From a virus (taxonomy: Duplodnaviria > Caudoviricetes): 56,241 nucleotides of DNA. The notes under the pieces are model-generated. The model saw nothing but the letters and a program-made list of their open reading frames with translations. It was not told the origin of the DNA and made no database searches. The DNA lies in the IMG/VR virus record IMGVR_UViG_3300038825_000174, positions 1 to 56,241 of that record, one strand, 5' to 3'. Positions 1 to 9,930 of the stretch are shown here, in pieces. The position numbers and the translations under genes were made by a program. The first letter of the stretch is position 1; every line of letters starts with the position of its first letter.

Positions 1-228
1 CTTTGCTTCGTCCTTCTTGAGTTCCCAATAAACCCATACAGGTGGTAGTATCCCACCATTCAATGCACAAGCCATCCAATTAGGGTCAGGGTGTGTAACC
101 TTTGCAGGTTCATCTAGGTTGTCAGGGTCTTCCCATACAATGCAATACTCACTTCTGTATGGCTCTAGGTTTTCTTTTGCCCACCCTAGTCTATCCCATA
201 AATGTGTTCCTTGAAATTCTGGTGTCAT
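1..228 (-). CDS. Conserved phage tail-region hypothetical protein, N-terminal part (runs off the window start; C-terminal part probably at 56071-56241)
   Basis: Read manually: ATG at 228 overlaps the upstream stop (ATGA) after a GGAGA RBS; MTPEFQGTHLWDRLGWAKENLEPYRSEYCIVWEDPD...PDPNWMACALNGGILPPVWVYWELKKDEAK, open to position 1. Confidence 0.8.
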   Translation of the reverse strand, partial: MTPEFQGTHLWDRLGWAKENLEPYRSEYCIVWEDPDNLDEPAKVTHPDPNWMACALNGGILPPVWVYWELKKDEAK

Positions 229-614
229 GCTAAATCTCCAAATTTACCTGTATGTGTTCTGCCTGAGTCTTGAGCAGTGCCACTTGCGTTGGATGTAAAA
301 ACTCTAATAACTCCATCATTATCACTAGACGCATCAGAAGCATTAATAGTACTACCTGTAGCAAAAAATGGACCTGTGTTTGGACTTAACTTATTAGTCA
401 TGTTGACCGTATAATCTCCAGTTCCTCCATCCGTTAAGCTAGACACATTAAAGCTTTTTGTTATTGATGCTGTTCCTGTTCCGTCAAATTGACACCAACA
501 CTTGCACAAGCCACTTTGCACATTCATAGTAGTAACATTACCTGCACCTGCAACAATAGTGATGCTGTTCTTTGCGTCTACTCCCTCTAGGGCATTTGTT
601 CTTAGTGTACTCAT
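225..614 (-). CDS. Small tail-associated protein, GDLA paralog family
   Basis: QSGLCKCW, SFNVSSLTDGGTGDYT and C-terminal GDLA motifs shared with five other ORFs. Confidence 0.7.
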   Translation of the reverse strand: MSTLRTNALEGVDAKNSITIVAGAGNVTTMNVQSGLCKCWCQFDGTGTASITKSFNVSSLTDGGTGDYTVNMTNKLSPNTGPFFATGSTINASDASSDNDGVIRVFTSNASGTAQDSGRTHTGKFGDLA

Positions 615-1069
615 GCCAAGTCTCCTGTTATCTGAACGAATGCTTCAGGAGGGTCAAAAACTCCAGTGCTTCCCCCTGCGTTAAAGTTAGCAGTTACTCT
701 CAATTCAGACGCAGACTTAGTGCCACTGTTTCTTTGATACAAAGTAACATTACCATCTGTGCTATCATTATTTCTTTTTATTGCAGTGGTATAGCAATAA
801 TTTACGTTTCCCATATCGTTACCTATTGCGATAGTGTAGTCTCCTGTTCCATTGTCTGTAAGCCCACTTGCATTAAAGGTATCTAAAGTTGTTGCACCAG
901 AAGCATCACCATCTATTGTTACCCAACACTTAATCAACCCCTGCTGTAAGTTGGTAGTTGTAGAGTTACCCTCTCCTGTGACGGCAATAGACCCTGCTGT
1001 TGATGTGCCTGTGAGTGTGTTTGTTTTGAGTGTTGCCATTATGCTAAGTCTCCGTGTACAAGTAAACAA
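611..1069 (-). CDS. Small tail-associated protein, GDLA paralog family (probable start ATG at 1039)
   Basis: TTNLQQGLIKCW...TDNGTGDYT...GDLA; TAATG coupling to the upstream paralog. Confidence 0.7.
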   Translation of the reverse strand: MFTCTRRLSIMATLKTNTLTGTSTAGSIAVTGEGNSTTTNLQQGLIKCWVTIDGDASGATTLDTFNASGLTDNGTGDYTIAIGNDMGNVNYCYTTAIKRNNDSTDGNVTLYQRNSGTKSASELRVTANFNAGGSTGVFDPPEAFVQITGDLA

Positions 1070-1455
1070 GCAAGGTCAGGGTCAATTGCATTTGCTGCAC
1101 TATTATAAAGTTCCATTCTACAACTACTCGTTGTTTTAGAACCCTCACTAGCAAACTGATAGTTCATTGACCCATGAACTCCACTGACAGCGTAGTCATC
1201 GTTAGACATATCGTTTGCTATTGCTAGTGTAAAATCTCCTGTTGCATTGTCTGTTATTCCTGAACAATTAAAACTATCGTCTAGCTCTGCTGTTCCACTA
1301 CCATCATACTGACACCACATCTTACACAAACCTTGTTGTAAGTTTGTCGTAGTAGCACTTCCTTCACCACGAACACTTACCTGACCAGAGGTATCCACAG
1401 TCATACTCGTAGTATTATTCGTATGCTTTATGTTTTGTACTAGAAGATTGCTCAT
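1039..1455 (-). CDS. Small tail-associated protein, GDLA paralog family
   Basis: TTNLQQGLCKMW...SFNCSGITDNATGDFT...GDLA. Confidence 0.7.
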   Translation of the reverse strand: MSNLLVQNIKHTNNTTSMTVDTSGQVSVRGEGSATTTNLQQGLCKMWCQYDGSGTAELDDSFNCSGITDNATGDFTLAIANDMSNDDYAVSGVHGSMNYQFASEGSKTTSSCRMELYNSAANAIDPDLACLLVHGDLA

Positions 1456-1901
1456 AGTATTGCTACGTTCCCTCCTGATTCTATTGTCAGTGTAGACCCA
1501 CTTGCTATTGTCAGAGGTCCTGTAACATTTGCGTTCTCTGTAGCTGCAATTGTTACATCACTATCCATTGACTGTGCATTAGTTCTAAACATACCACCAT
1601 GCTTGAAGTTACCCTTGTTTGCTTCAGGTGCTGTGACACTACCGTCTGTTAGACCAAGATAGTTGACAAAGATGTTACCTGTTCCTGAAGAAGGTGCTGC
1701 ACTAAAGGTTAGTGTTGTACCGTCAGGCACTGTATAAGCGTTACTGTCCTGCACTACACCATCGACTGATACAAGTATATCTTGAACGCTAGTGACGGTC
1801 TGTGACAGCGTAAATGTCGTGTCAGAGCCATCTCCGTTAAACCTTTGCACAGATGGTATTGTGCTGAATGTAGTTGCTATTGCATTACCCACATATGCCA
1901 T
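1452..1901 (-). CDS. Putative tail fibre/adaptor structural protein (paralog of 54248-54712)
   Basis: MAYVGN start, FNGDGSDTTFTL and VSVDGVVQ motifs typical of marine phage tail proteins; C-terminal RTNAQ..DVTI...NA...GP shared with 54248-54712. Confidence 0.6.
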   Translation of the reverse strand: MAYVGNAIATTFSTIPSVQRFNGDGSDTTFTLSQTVTSVQDILVSVDGVVQDSNAYTVPDGTTLTFSAAPSSGTGNIFVNYLGLTDGSVTAPEANKGNFKHGGMFRTNAQSMDSDVTIAATENANVTGPLTIASGSTLTIESGGNVAIL

Positions 1902-2251
1902 TATGATGTTATCTCCATGATTGATAGTGCTATATCTGTTGCACCAGATGCTGCAAGTTTTATTTCATCTGTATCTTCTAGCACAACTTTGTTACCTGCA
2001 AGAAGTTCTAGTGATGAACCTGCAGGTATTGGTGCATTAGTTACTAACTCTACGTCTTGGTTAGCTTCGTCATTGTTTCCTGCTCTAGCTGATGTGTTTG
2101 AGACTAATGTAACTGTAGCAGTGACTTGGCTTGTTGTTGTATTACCTAACATCAATCCTAACACTATAGTAGCATCAACACTACCTGCTGTGTAGATAAC
2201 ATCTGCAGAAGTTACTCCTGCCTTTGTTACTACTTTAAATGTATTTGCCAT
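1901..2251 (-). CDS. Putative virion tail structural protein
   Basis: MANTFK start, IPAGSSLELLAGNKVVL motif; lies downstream of the tail fibre gene. Confidence 0.55.
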   Translation of the reverse strand: MANTFKVVTKAGVTSADVIYTAGSVDATIVLGLMLGNTTTSQVTATVTLVSNTSARAGNNDEANQDVELVTNAPIPAGSSLELLAGNKVVLEDTDEIKLAASGATDIALSIMEITS

Positions 2252-2263
2252 ATCTTTTTCTCC

Positions 2264-4336
2264 TTATCCTAGTGCAATGGCTAATGCTGTAGCGTCATTA
2301 GATGCTACTGTTGTAGTTGCGATAGTACCTGCACTACTTGGTAGTGTCAGTGTTATGTCTGATGTAGCTGATGGTCCTATAAGTGTTACCTTGTTAGTTC
2401 CATTATCAGAGTCTTCAAAGAACTCTATAAATCCTGCTGATGTTGCACCATTCTTTACAGAAACTCCTGCATCTAAAACTGGCTTACCACTAACAGTAAG
2501 TCCTGTAAGTGTCCCAACTGAGGTGACATTTGTTTGGGCTGCAGTCTGTAGTGTACCAGATAATTGTGTTGCTGTCAACCTTCCTGTGCTAGGATTATAG
2601 GTTAAGTCACCATCTGATTCTAATCCAATGTTACCACCGTCTACATCACCACCTGATGTAAATATAATAGCATTGTCTTCATTTGTGCTTTCGTTGTCAC
2701 TAATAGTTACTGTTGTTGCTACGGCTGCAGTAGTTGCATTTGCTACTGTTACTCCTGCAATCACAGTATTAAGTGCTGTGCCACCCACAGTTATAGCATC
2801 TGCTTCTAGTGTACCATCAATATCTGCATCACCACTAATATCAAGACTACTAGCTTCTATTTCACCATTAGTTTTGAATATAACATTGTCACCACCGTCA
2901 ACCTCAAAGATAATTTGATTGTCTGTGCCAAACTTAATTCTATTATCTGCATCTCTACCTATTTCTAAACTAGAGTTTACTACAGAGGTAATTCCTGTTT
3001 GGGCAGCATCTACTGCCATTGTAACTGTTGTTGATGATGCACTTGAAGTTAGACCTGTGCCACCTGCAATGGTTAATGTTTCGCTATCCAAGTCAATATC
3101 AATAGTGCCACTGTCAGTAGTTACATCTAAATCTTCTGCTGTTATCTGTGCGTCAACATAAGCTTTTACAGACTGCTGTGTAGGCACAAGAGTGGCACTG
3201 TTAGATGTCATATCATCTTCATCTACAAATGCCGTTATAGTTATTGAGCCATCAGATAAACTACCATATGTAACTGTGCCTGTTGTTGTTATGGCTGATG
3301 AACCATTATCTATTGCACCAAAGCCACTTGTTATAGAACCACTGTTCAATGCACCTACAGTTGTAACATTAGAGAGTGTATCTAAGGCTGACTCAAAGTA
3401 TGTTTCAAAATCAGTCAGGGCAACTTGCTTCATTGTCCCTGCATCGTTTACAACAACTCTATCAGCGTCTGCTAATGTTGTTGCTGTGGCAGATGTGCCA
3501 CCATCCATAATGTTGAGTTCAGTGGCTGTGGCTGATACTGCTACGTTCTCATTTATCTTTGGTGAAGTTAGTGTTTTGTTTGTAAATGTTTGTGTATCTG
3601 CGAGTGTGGCTACAGTAGAATCTATTGCAAAAGTAACAGCATTACCACTCCCACTTGTATCAATACCTGTACCACCTGTAAATGTAAGTGTTTCACTATC
3701 TAGGTCAATACTTAATGCACCACCACTATCTGCTTGAAAGTCTAAGTCTTCTGCTGTTAGCTGTGTATCTACGTATGCTTTTACAGATTGTTGTGTTGGT
3801 ACGAGAGTAGCACTGTTAGAGGACATGTCATCTTCGTCCACAAACGCTGTAATTGTTATTGAACCATCTGACAAACTACCGTATGTAAGTGTGCCTGATA
3901 TATCTACATTACCATTAATATCAACAGTAGTCGCTGCTATCTGTACTTCTGTGTCAGCTACAATGTCAAGCTGTCCATCTGTGCTAGAATTTATATATAA
4001 AGCTGTATCACGGAACTGTAACTTTTCTGTGGACGCTACAAGTATATCATCAGAGAACTCAAAGTAGTCTTCATCTTCCATCCACTTGAGTACACCATCT
4101 GATGTTTCACCATCAAAGGTTACAGTGATGTCTGTACCTGCTGTGCCATCTCCTAGTGTAAGAGATGTACCAAGCATCTTAGTTATAGGACCACCTTCGT
4201 TAGCAGTGCCATCATGTGTATGTCCACTACTTGCTTGAAAGGCTGCTAATAACTGATTAAACTCGTCATTAGTGTGGGCAGCCGTGATAACATCACCGTC
4301 AGAGTATGAGGACTGTCTTGTATATGTATTTCCCAT
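2264..4336 (-). CDS. Tail fibre protein (690 aa)
   Basis: Thr/Ser/Asp/Gly-rich; N-terminal YTRQSS..DGDVITAA..NDEFNQL; internal repeats; C-terminal ATALAIALG; follows the tail tubular genes. Confidence 0.75.
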   Translation of the reverse strand: MGNTYTRQSSYSDGDVITAAHTNDEFNQLLAAFQASSGHTHDGTANEGGPITKMLGTSLTLGDGTAGTDITVTFDGETSDGVLKWMEDEDYFEFSDDILVASTEKLQFRDTALYINSSTDGQLDIVADTEVQIAATTVDINGNVDISGTLTYGSLSDGSITITAFVDEDDMSSNSATLVPTQQSVKAYVDTQLTAEDLDFQADSGGALSIDLDSETLTFTGGTGIDTSGSGNAVTFAIDSTVATLADTQTFTNKTLTSPKINENVAVSATATELNIMDGGTSATATTLADADRVVVNDAGTMKQVALTDFETYFESALDTLSNVTTVGALNSGSITSGFGAIDNGSSAITTTGTVTYGSLSDGSITITAFVDEDDMTSNSATLVPTQQSVKAYVDAQITAEDLDVTTDSGTIDIDLDSETLTIAGGTGLTSSASSTTVTMAVDAAQTGITSVVNSSLEIGRDADNRIKFGTDNQIIFEVDGGDNVIFKTNGEIEASSLDISGDADIDGTLEADAITVGGTALNTVIAGVTVANATTAAVATTVTISDNESTNEDNAIIFTSGGDVDGGNIGLESDGDLTYNPSTGRLTATQLSGTLQTAAQTNVTSVGTLTGLTVSGKPVLDAGVSVKNGATSAGFIEFFEDSDNGTNKVTLIGPSATSDITLTLPSSAGTIATTTVASNDATALAIALG
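3052..3890 (-). repeat. Internal duplication of about 75 aa in the tail fibre gene
   Basis: TYGSLSDGSITITAFVDEDDM.SNSATLVPTQQSVKAYVD.Q.TAEDLD...IDLDSETLT..GGTG occurs twice (~3665-3890 and ~3052-3275). Confidence 0.85.
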
Positions 4337-5866
4337 TTACCTTCTTGCTCCTACTTGATATTCTAATTGAAAACCTTTTAGTGAGTATGGTGCTGTTTCT
4401 CCACCATCATTTACTCTTAGTGCTACAGCAAATCCTGATCCTTCTACTGACTGTCGGAACAATGGCTGTGATGCACCACCATATGTACCAACTACAGAAG
4501 AGGATGTACCATATGTTGAAGTTCCATATATGGCTGCAATATCTTGTGAGTCTAACTCATATGCAGCAGGTCTTGCTGAGTCTTTAGATTCATAATCATA
4601 TCGTAAAAATAAATCTGCATCTATAGATGACTCAGGTTTAAAGTTTACAACTACACGTTGCATGTGCTTTCGTATACCTGCATCACCAAATGTCATGTCA
4701 GGACTTCTATACTTTGCTAGTATTGCTGTCCCATCGAATGTGTTGCCTTGCTCTTGTCTATAAACATAACCATTAGCATAATCACCATGTAAAACTATAA
4801 CATTACCTGCTGATACAAAACTGTCTGTTGACGCAGGTTTTATACCTCTTAACTCTGAAAACTCAAATGTCTGTCCTTTTAAAACACAAGCTATGCCTTT
4901 TGTAGAGTTTTGTCCTGTACCATCTTTAGTAAAAAATATTCTATACTGTGATCTGTCTGGTATAACTACACTTTGAAACTCAGATGCACTCGCTAGATTT
5001 TCATCAAATATAGACTGTACATTAGAGCTAATTGTGCCAAGTTCAACGTCACCAATTCTTGCTGTACCTGCAACTGTTCTTAAACCATCAGGTCCTAAAA
5101 ATATTAAGTCACCTGCAAATTCTTGTATTGTATCACCGTTTATACATCCAATATCTCTTGTAATAGCAGACACAGCAAAGTCACTAGAACTACTGCCACT
5201 GAGTTTAAATATTCTATTTTCGCAAAAAACAAATAAGTTATCACGAAAGACTTTTAGACCTGTTATAGTATCGTCTACTTTTATACTTCCTGAACCAGTG
5301 CCAGTATTAAAATCATCTTCATCAAATGGTGTACTAAATATTAATGTTTGTGGTGTGCTAGACTTACCTGCATAAAACATGTGGTTTTTAAATGCTGTTA
5401 CAAACTTAGAACCTGATACTGAACTCTCACTTACATCTGTTGCTGACATTGCCGTGTTAAATACAGTAGGAGCATTTGCTCCGTCTACTACTATTAGTTT
5501 GCTGTTGCCATCAAAGTTAAATCTTTCAAAGCTATATGTACCTGCACTCGTTCTACCAGTATCTCTTTCTGTCCAACTAGAGCCACCTGCTGTAGCACTA
5601 AATATCTTTTCACCTCTAGCTGCAACTACTAGATCACCAAATGTTGCCACCATTAAAACTTTTTCACTAGCAGAACTTGTTTGTGGTACGACAGCATTTA
5701 CATATTTACTAAACCCATTTATTCTTCTGTATCCACCCTCTATATCAGGCTCAAAGTTTTGTAGTTCTAATGCTTCTCCGGGTTGCATCATAAATGTAGA
5801 ACGATTTAAAACTAATCCACCTTGGCAGTTAAAAGCTGTAGGCTGTACTTGCGATAAATCAGGCAT
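4337..5866 (-). CDS. Tail tubular protein B / nozzle-like protein
   Basis: 509 aa, beta-rich; synteny after the adaptor gene in the podovirus tail module. Confidence 0.6.
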   Translation of the reverse strand: MPDLSQVQPTAFNCQGGLVLNRSTFMMQPGEALELQNFEPDIEGGYRRINGFSKYVNAVVPQTSSASEKVLMVATFGDLVVAARGEKIFSATAGGSSWTERDTGRTSAGTYSFERFNFDGNSKLIVVDGANAPTVFNTAMSATDVSESSVSGSKFVTAFKNHMFYAGKSSTPQTLIFSTPFDEDDFNTGTGSGSIKVDDTITGLKVFRDNLFVFCENRIFKLSGSSSSDFAVSAITRDIGCINGDTIQEFAGDLIFLGPDGLRTVAGTARIGDVELGTISSNVQSIFDENLASASEFQSVVIPDRSQYRIFFTKDGTGQNSTKGIACVLKGQTFEFSELRGIKPASTDSFVSAGNVIVLHGDYANGYVYRQEQGNTFDGTAILAKYRSPDMTFGDAGIRKHMQRVVVNFKPESSIDADLFLRYDYESKDSARPAAYELDSQDIAAIYGTSTYGTSSSVVGTYGGASQPLFRQSVEGSGFAVALRVNDGGETAPYSLKGFQLEYQVGARR

Positions 5867-5867
5867 A

Positions 5868-6803
5868 TTACATTACTCTTGGATTTAAATCTAATACTTG
5901 ACTTGGTGTTCTTGGTATATATGTAGATCTTATATATTCATATTTGTTTACTAGCAGTGACTGCATATTTTTTATACCTTGCTCAAATCGTGCAAAGTTA
6001 AGTTGATACTGTGCAGTCTCTCCTCTATACTGATACACAAAAGCTGTAGCACCATCCACTATAACTGCATCAAAACGTGCAGGTATACTTGTTGTGTCTC
6101 CATGTGCTGATAGGTCTGTTGGGAAAGTATAATAATCAAATTTTATAGAATAAGATTTATTAGGATAAGGGTGTAGAAGATAATTGTTGTCTGGAGATCT
6201 AACCACATTTCTAGGAACTCCTCCTTGATCAAATTGTGCTACTTGCACTCCACTACTATGAGCAGAAGCTGTCGTGCTGTTTGCTCCACGTGAAACACCT
6301 GTAAAGGTCGTAGATGAAGTGCCTGTGTAAGTAACCTCTTCATTGCCTATATGCAATGTACCTGTACTATCAAATCCTGTTGTACTAGCTACGGTTATTG
6401 TAGTCGCTGAGTCTGTTAGTGAACCATCTAATGTCGTAGTATTTATTTCATCTTCTTGGGTTACAAACTGATTTATATAATCATTGTACTGAAGAATGGA
6501 TAACTTACCACCACTTGTTGCTAAATCTTCATCTTTAACTAATCTAAAAGTATTGTAGTCTACATGTTTAGTTGATGTGGGCAAACTATATCTAACTGTT
6601 CCTGCTGTAACTGTTTTTGTTTCGGTAGCATGATTAAATGGAAAGTTATATTCTTTCTGATTAATATACCTTATAGATTCATTCACAGCATTTTGTGCTT
6701 GCACCTGTATACCTCTAGCACTACTAAAGTTAGATGAAGTTAGCTGTACTTCATTTAGTCTTGCTAGTGTATTGTTTGTAAGTGTTAGATATGTTCCAGA
6801 CAT
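5868..6803 (-). CDS. Tail tubular protein A / head-tail adaptor
   Basis: TYLTLTN..LARLNEV N-terminus, FPF motif, IPARFDAVIVDGA C-terminal region; downstream of the capsid genes. Confidence 0.65.
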   Translation of the reverse strand: MSGTYLTLTNNTLARLNEVQLTSSNFSSARGIQVQAQNAVNESIRYINQKEYNFPFNHATETKTVTAGTVRYSLPTSTKHVDYNTFRLVKDEDLATSGGKLSILQYNDYINQFVTQEDEINTTTLDGSLTDSATTITVASTTGFDSTGTLHIGNEEVTYTGTSSTTFTGVSRGANSTTASAHSSGVQVAQFDQGGVPRNVVRSPDNNYLLHPYPNKSYSIKFDYYTFPTDLSAHGDTTSIPARFDAVIVDGATAFVYQYRGETAQYQLNFARFEQGIKNMQSLLVNKYEYIRSTYIPRTPSQVLDLNPRVM

Positions 6804-6812
6804 TATATCCTC

Positions 6813-7211
6813 TTAGGATTGTTTTGTCATATCTAGTATGATGTTATATGTTTCCGTGTTGGCATGTCCCACAGTTGTAAACAGTATGTCACCTGTTTTA
6901 CCTGAACCTGCATTATTTTGTAGACCTCCAAAGCTAGAGAAGTCATAGTATCCTTCAGTATCTAATAGTTTGTATGCTTCTACATTTGATGTAGCATCCC
7001 AAAGTATCTGCACTTTCATTCCGTCATTTACAAAATGTATTCTGTCTATTGTTACACCTGTGCATGTTGCACCTTTTTCCCCTGCAGTAAATGCACTTAC
7101 ATCTACTTTGTTAACGGCACTCTCTCCTGTGCCGTCACTTACATTAGTGAATTTCATAACTAATCTGTAAGGTGTATTGAGTATTGTTTGTGATGTGACT
7201 GTATCTGCCAT
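6813..7211 (-). CDS. Putative virion structural protein
   Basis: 132 aa with RBS, in the structural operon. Confidence 0.5.
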   Translation of the reverse strand: MADTVTSQTILNTPYRLVMKFTNVSDGTGESAVNKVDVSAFTAGEKGATCTGVTIDRIHFVNDGMKVQILWDATSNVEAYKLLDTEGYYDFSSFGGLQNNAGSGKTGDILFTTVGHANTETYNIILDMTKQS

Positions 7212-7226
7212 TAGTATTCCTTTATA

Positions 7227-7260
7227 TTAAAATAGAGGGCAAGCTTTCACCTGCCCCCTA
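7227..7260 (-). terminator. Rho-independent terminator after the capsid genes
   Basis: Minus strand AGGGGGCAGG-TGAAAG-CTTGCCCTCT followed by ATTTT. Confidence 0.75.
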
Positions 7261-7269
7261 AATTATAAT

Positions 7270-7746
7270 TTATGCAAGCTGATCCCTGCCCACTTCGTCA
7301 GCTTCCATCTCACCGATGTCACTAACGTCCTGTAGAACAGCATATACTCTGATCTCACCTGCAGAAAATGAAGCTCCATCCCCTGCTAATGTTAAGTCCA
7401 AAGTATTTGCTGAAGTGATAACTAAATCAGCAGACACGGTAACACTAGGAGCATAAGCTCCATCAGATGCACCGTCAATGTCAAATGCAGTTACATACTC
7501 GTCAGCATCAGCATCAGTACCTAATGTAGCTGTTGCGTTAGTGCCAGTATTCATAGTTGCACTTGAAGTGACCTGTAAACCTGCAGCAATGATTTTGGTG
7601 TTTGCAGGTACAGTAAGACACTGAACTACATCTCCCGGAGCAATGCTGTTTGCTGTTAGGTCAACGATTTGTTGCACATAGTATGGTTGTCTCCCACGAG
7701 AAGAAGAACCATGAGTATTTGCAAGAGTTGCTGTAATTGTAGCCAT
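7270..7746 (-). CDS. Minor capsid/decoration protein
   Basis: Directly after the MCP with a strong GGAGG RBS, before the terminator; beta-rich. Confidence 0.6.
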   Translation of the reverse strand: MATITATLANTHGSSSRGRQPYYVQQIVDLTANSIAPGDVVQCLTVPANTKIIAAGLQVTSSATMNTGTNATATLGTDADADEYVTAFDIDGASDGAYAPSVTVSADLVITSANTLDLTLAGDGASFSAGEIRVYAVLQDVSDIGEMEADEVGRDQLA

Positions 7747-7758
7747 GATTTACCTCCC

Positions 7759-8826
7759 TTAGAATTTTGAGACATATATAGCACGTGTAAGTGCTTCAGG
7801 TCGTAATATTTTACGTCCATAGAGATGCATACCTCTGACGATGTCAGCAAAGCTGTCAGGGTCACGATATGTCTCTGTTTTGTTGATTTGCTCTGCAGTG
7901 GCTACTGCTGAACTATGTCCTGCAACGATTACACCAAAGTGGCTTGATCCTGTAGAAGTAGCTCCTGTTGGACCATTACCGACTTCAGGTAAGTTGTTTG
8001 ACATGAACACTTTGAAGCCATGCAAGTTGCTAAAGATCATTCCATTTTTGAGTTCGTCCTTTGAAGAAACAAAGTCACCATTCATAATTCTGGAGTCTTC
8101 ATCTTTTAGCAATTCAGCAAAGACTGGGTCGATTACAAGCCATCTTCCCTCTTTATCAACAAACTGTTGGTCAAGCTTTCGCCCCATTCTGTTGATAACA
8201 GCTAGAGGTGTAGCATGTGCAGCAGTGGTATTAACACCATCGCCCATACCTCTTGGCTGAACAACAATAGAGTTGCCTGAAGAACCACCGTTGAAGTCTT
8301 CAGCATCTACCTGCATAGTTGCAAGCAGTTCGTTTGAAGCAGCAGTTGATACAGCTTTAGAACCAGACACAGATGTATTCACAGAGCTTGGTCTAGCATG
8401 TAGAGCAGTCTGTGCGTAACCTGATAGGTAGCCTAGTACTTCCTGATCATATTGATCTGAAAGTCTGTAAGCAGCCCTGTCGGTTGCTAAAGATTGGAAG
8501 TTGACATGTGAATGAGCTTCCTCAATGTCATCAACTTTAAATGCAAAGTAGTTTGCTTTGTCAACGACTAGAGAAAAATCCTCATCGTCCAAGTCCTGAG
8601 GTGTGATTGTAGTTCCACGAGCATAAGATTTTACGGTAATCTCAGGCTCTTTTATAATTTTAACAGTATCACCCATCTGAGCAATTTCACCAAAATAGTC
8701 AGAGTTTGTGATACCCTCCACAACAGATGACTTACGGAAAGCAAGCTGTACCTGTTTGGAATAGATTATTGGCGAAAAGTTACCGTTAGGTAAATTGCCA
8801 TAACCTGCAGCGGTTGAAAAAGCCAT
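7759..8826 (-). CDS. Major capsid protein
   Basis: GNFSPIIYSK, ITNSDYFGEI..GDTVKI and FADIVRGMHLYGRKILRPEAL motifs; strong GAGGAGG RBS; follows the scaffold gene. Confidence 0.9.
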   Translation of the reverse strand: MAFSTAAGYGNLPNGNFSPIIYSKQVQLAFRKSSVVEGITNSDYFGEIAQMGDTVKIIKEPEITVKSYARGTTITPQDLDDEDFSLVVDKANYFAFKVDDIEEAHSHVNFQSLATDRAAYRLSDQYDQEVLGYLSGYAQTALHARPSSVNTSVSGSKAVSTAASNELLATMQVDAEDFNGGSSGNSIVVQPRGMGDGVNTTAAHATPLAVINRMGRKLDQQFVDKEGRWLVIDPVFAELLKDEDSRIMNGDFVSSKDELKNGMIFSNLHGFKVFMSNNLPEVGNGPTGATSTGSSHFGVIVAGHSSAVATAEQINKTETYRDPDSFADIVRGMHLYGRKILRPEALTRAIYVSKF

Positions 8827-9021
8827 AGTTAATCCTCCTCACTTTTTCAGGGTCACAGATACAAATTACAATTCTGATTAGGGGCTAATTTAGATCAAGG
8901 TGCAGTTGTACATACTGGGCTTGTTAAACTAGGTAAGTCTCACCATATTGTCGTTTGTGATGTAATGCATATATAGGTATCCAAAAGGGGCTATGTATAT
9001 GCATTCTAAGTATTATACATA

Positions 9022-9049
9022 GTTATATGTATAAATATTTAAATGTCAA
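9022..9049 (-). promoter_or_regulatory. Sigma70-like promoter for the capsid operon
   Basis: TTGACA-N16-TATAAC on the minus strand. Confidence 0.6.
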
Positions 9050-9054
9050 CTTTT

Positions 9055-9930
9055 TTATCTAGCAGAACCAGATACGTCATAAACAAACTTACCACTTCGT
9101 ATAGCTTCCATGACTTCATCAGCTCTCCTCTCATACTCCTGTGATGACATCTTTTGTACTTGAGATTCCTTTAGATATGTAGACTCCTCGTTAGTCTGAG
9201 GTTTTGTGCGTGTTGACTTTGTATTTGTAGCTAATGCTGCATCCTTTGAGCTTGTTTTTTTCTTGCCAATATTTCTATCAGCTTTGTATAAATCAATAGC
9301 TCGTGCTGCAGATTTAGCATCATTATCATTTTCATATAAAGCTTTCTGCACCCACTGTGGTTGCTCTTCAGCCCAGTTATGAAAGTCATCATCCTCACGA
9401 ATGTCTACAAAATCAGGATGTAGCTTTAATAATTCTACTTCAGCTTTCTCCTTAGAAGCTGACTCCTGCATCTCATTTATCTTTTGAATCCTATCTTCAA
9501 GCTCTTTTGCTTGCTCTTTAGATTTTTTAATAGCTATGGTTTCTACTATACCTGCCACATCAGGATATTTTTTTGTCCATGCTTCAATATCCTCGTCAGA
9601 CTTTGGTAGCTCTATTTGTTTTTTAGTAGCACTATCAAGCTGTTCCTTTAGCTGATTTATCTGCTCTTGCAGATCAGCTTCTTTTTGTTGAGCATGTCTT
9701 CTAAGATCACCATAGCGTTTCTTAAAAGTTTTTTCTTCTGCAGAGGTTGGTTCTGGCTCTTGCTCTTCAGCTTCTGCCTTTACCTCACCTTTATTTTCTG
9801 CAATGAGTTGTTCTAGTTCCTCTTCGTCCTTTTTAATTTTATCATCTCTTGAATATTTACGAGATGCTAATGCCATTACCTTTTTAGGTGTTGCATCTTT
9901 TACCATTACATTTGCTTGTGCTTCTGCCAT
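9055..9930 (-). CDS. Capsid scaffolding protein
   Basis: Acidic coiled-coil, FKKRYGDLR and HPDF motifs; directly upstream of the MCP. Confidence 0.75.
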   Translation of the reverse strand: MAEAQANVMVKDATPKKVMALASRKYSRDDKIKKDEEELEQLIAENKGEVKAEAEEQEPEPTSAEEKTFKKRYGDLRRHAQQKEADLQEQINQLKEQLDSATKKQIELPKSDEDIEAWTKKYPDVAGIVETIAIKKSKEQAKELEDRIQKINEMQESASKEKAEVELLKLHPDFVDIREDDDFHNWAEEQPQWVQKALYENDNDAKSAARAIDLYKADRNIGKKKTSSKDAALATNTKSTRTKPQTNEESTYLKESQVQKMSSQEYERRADEVMEAIRSGKFVYDVSGSAR

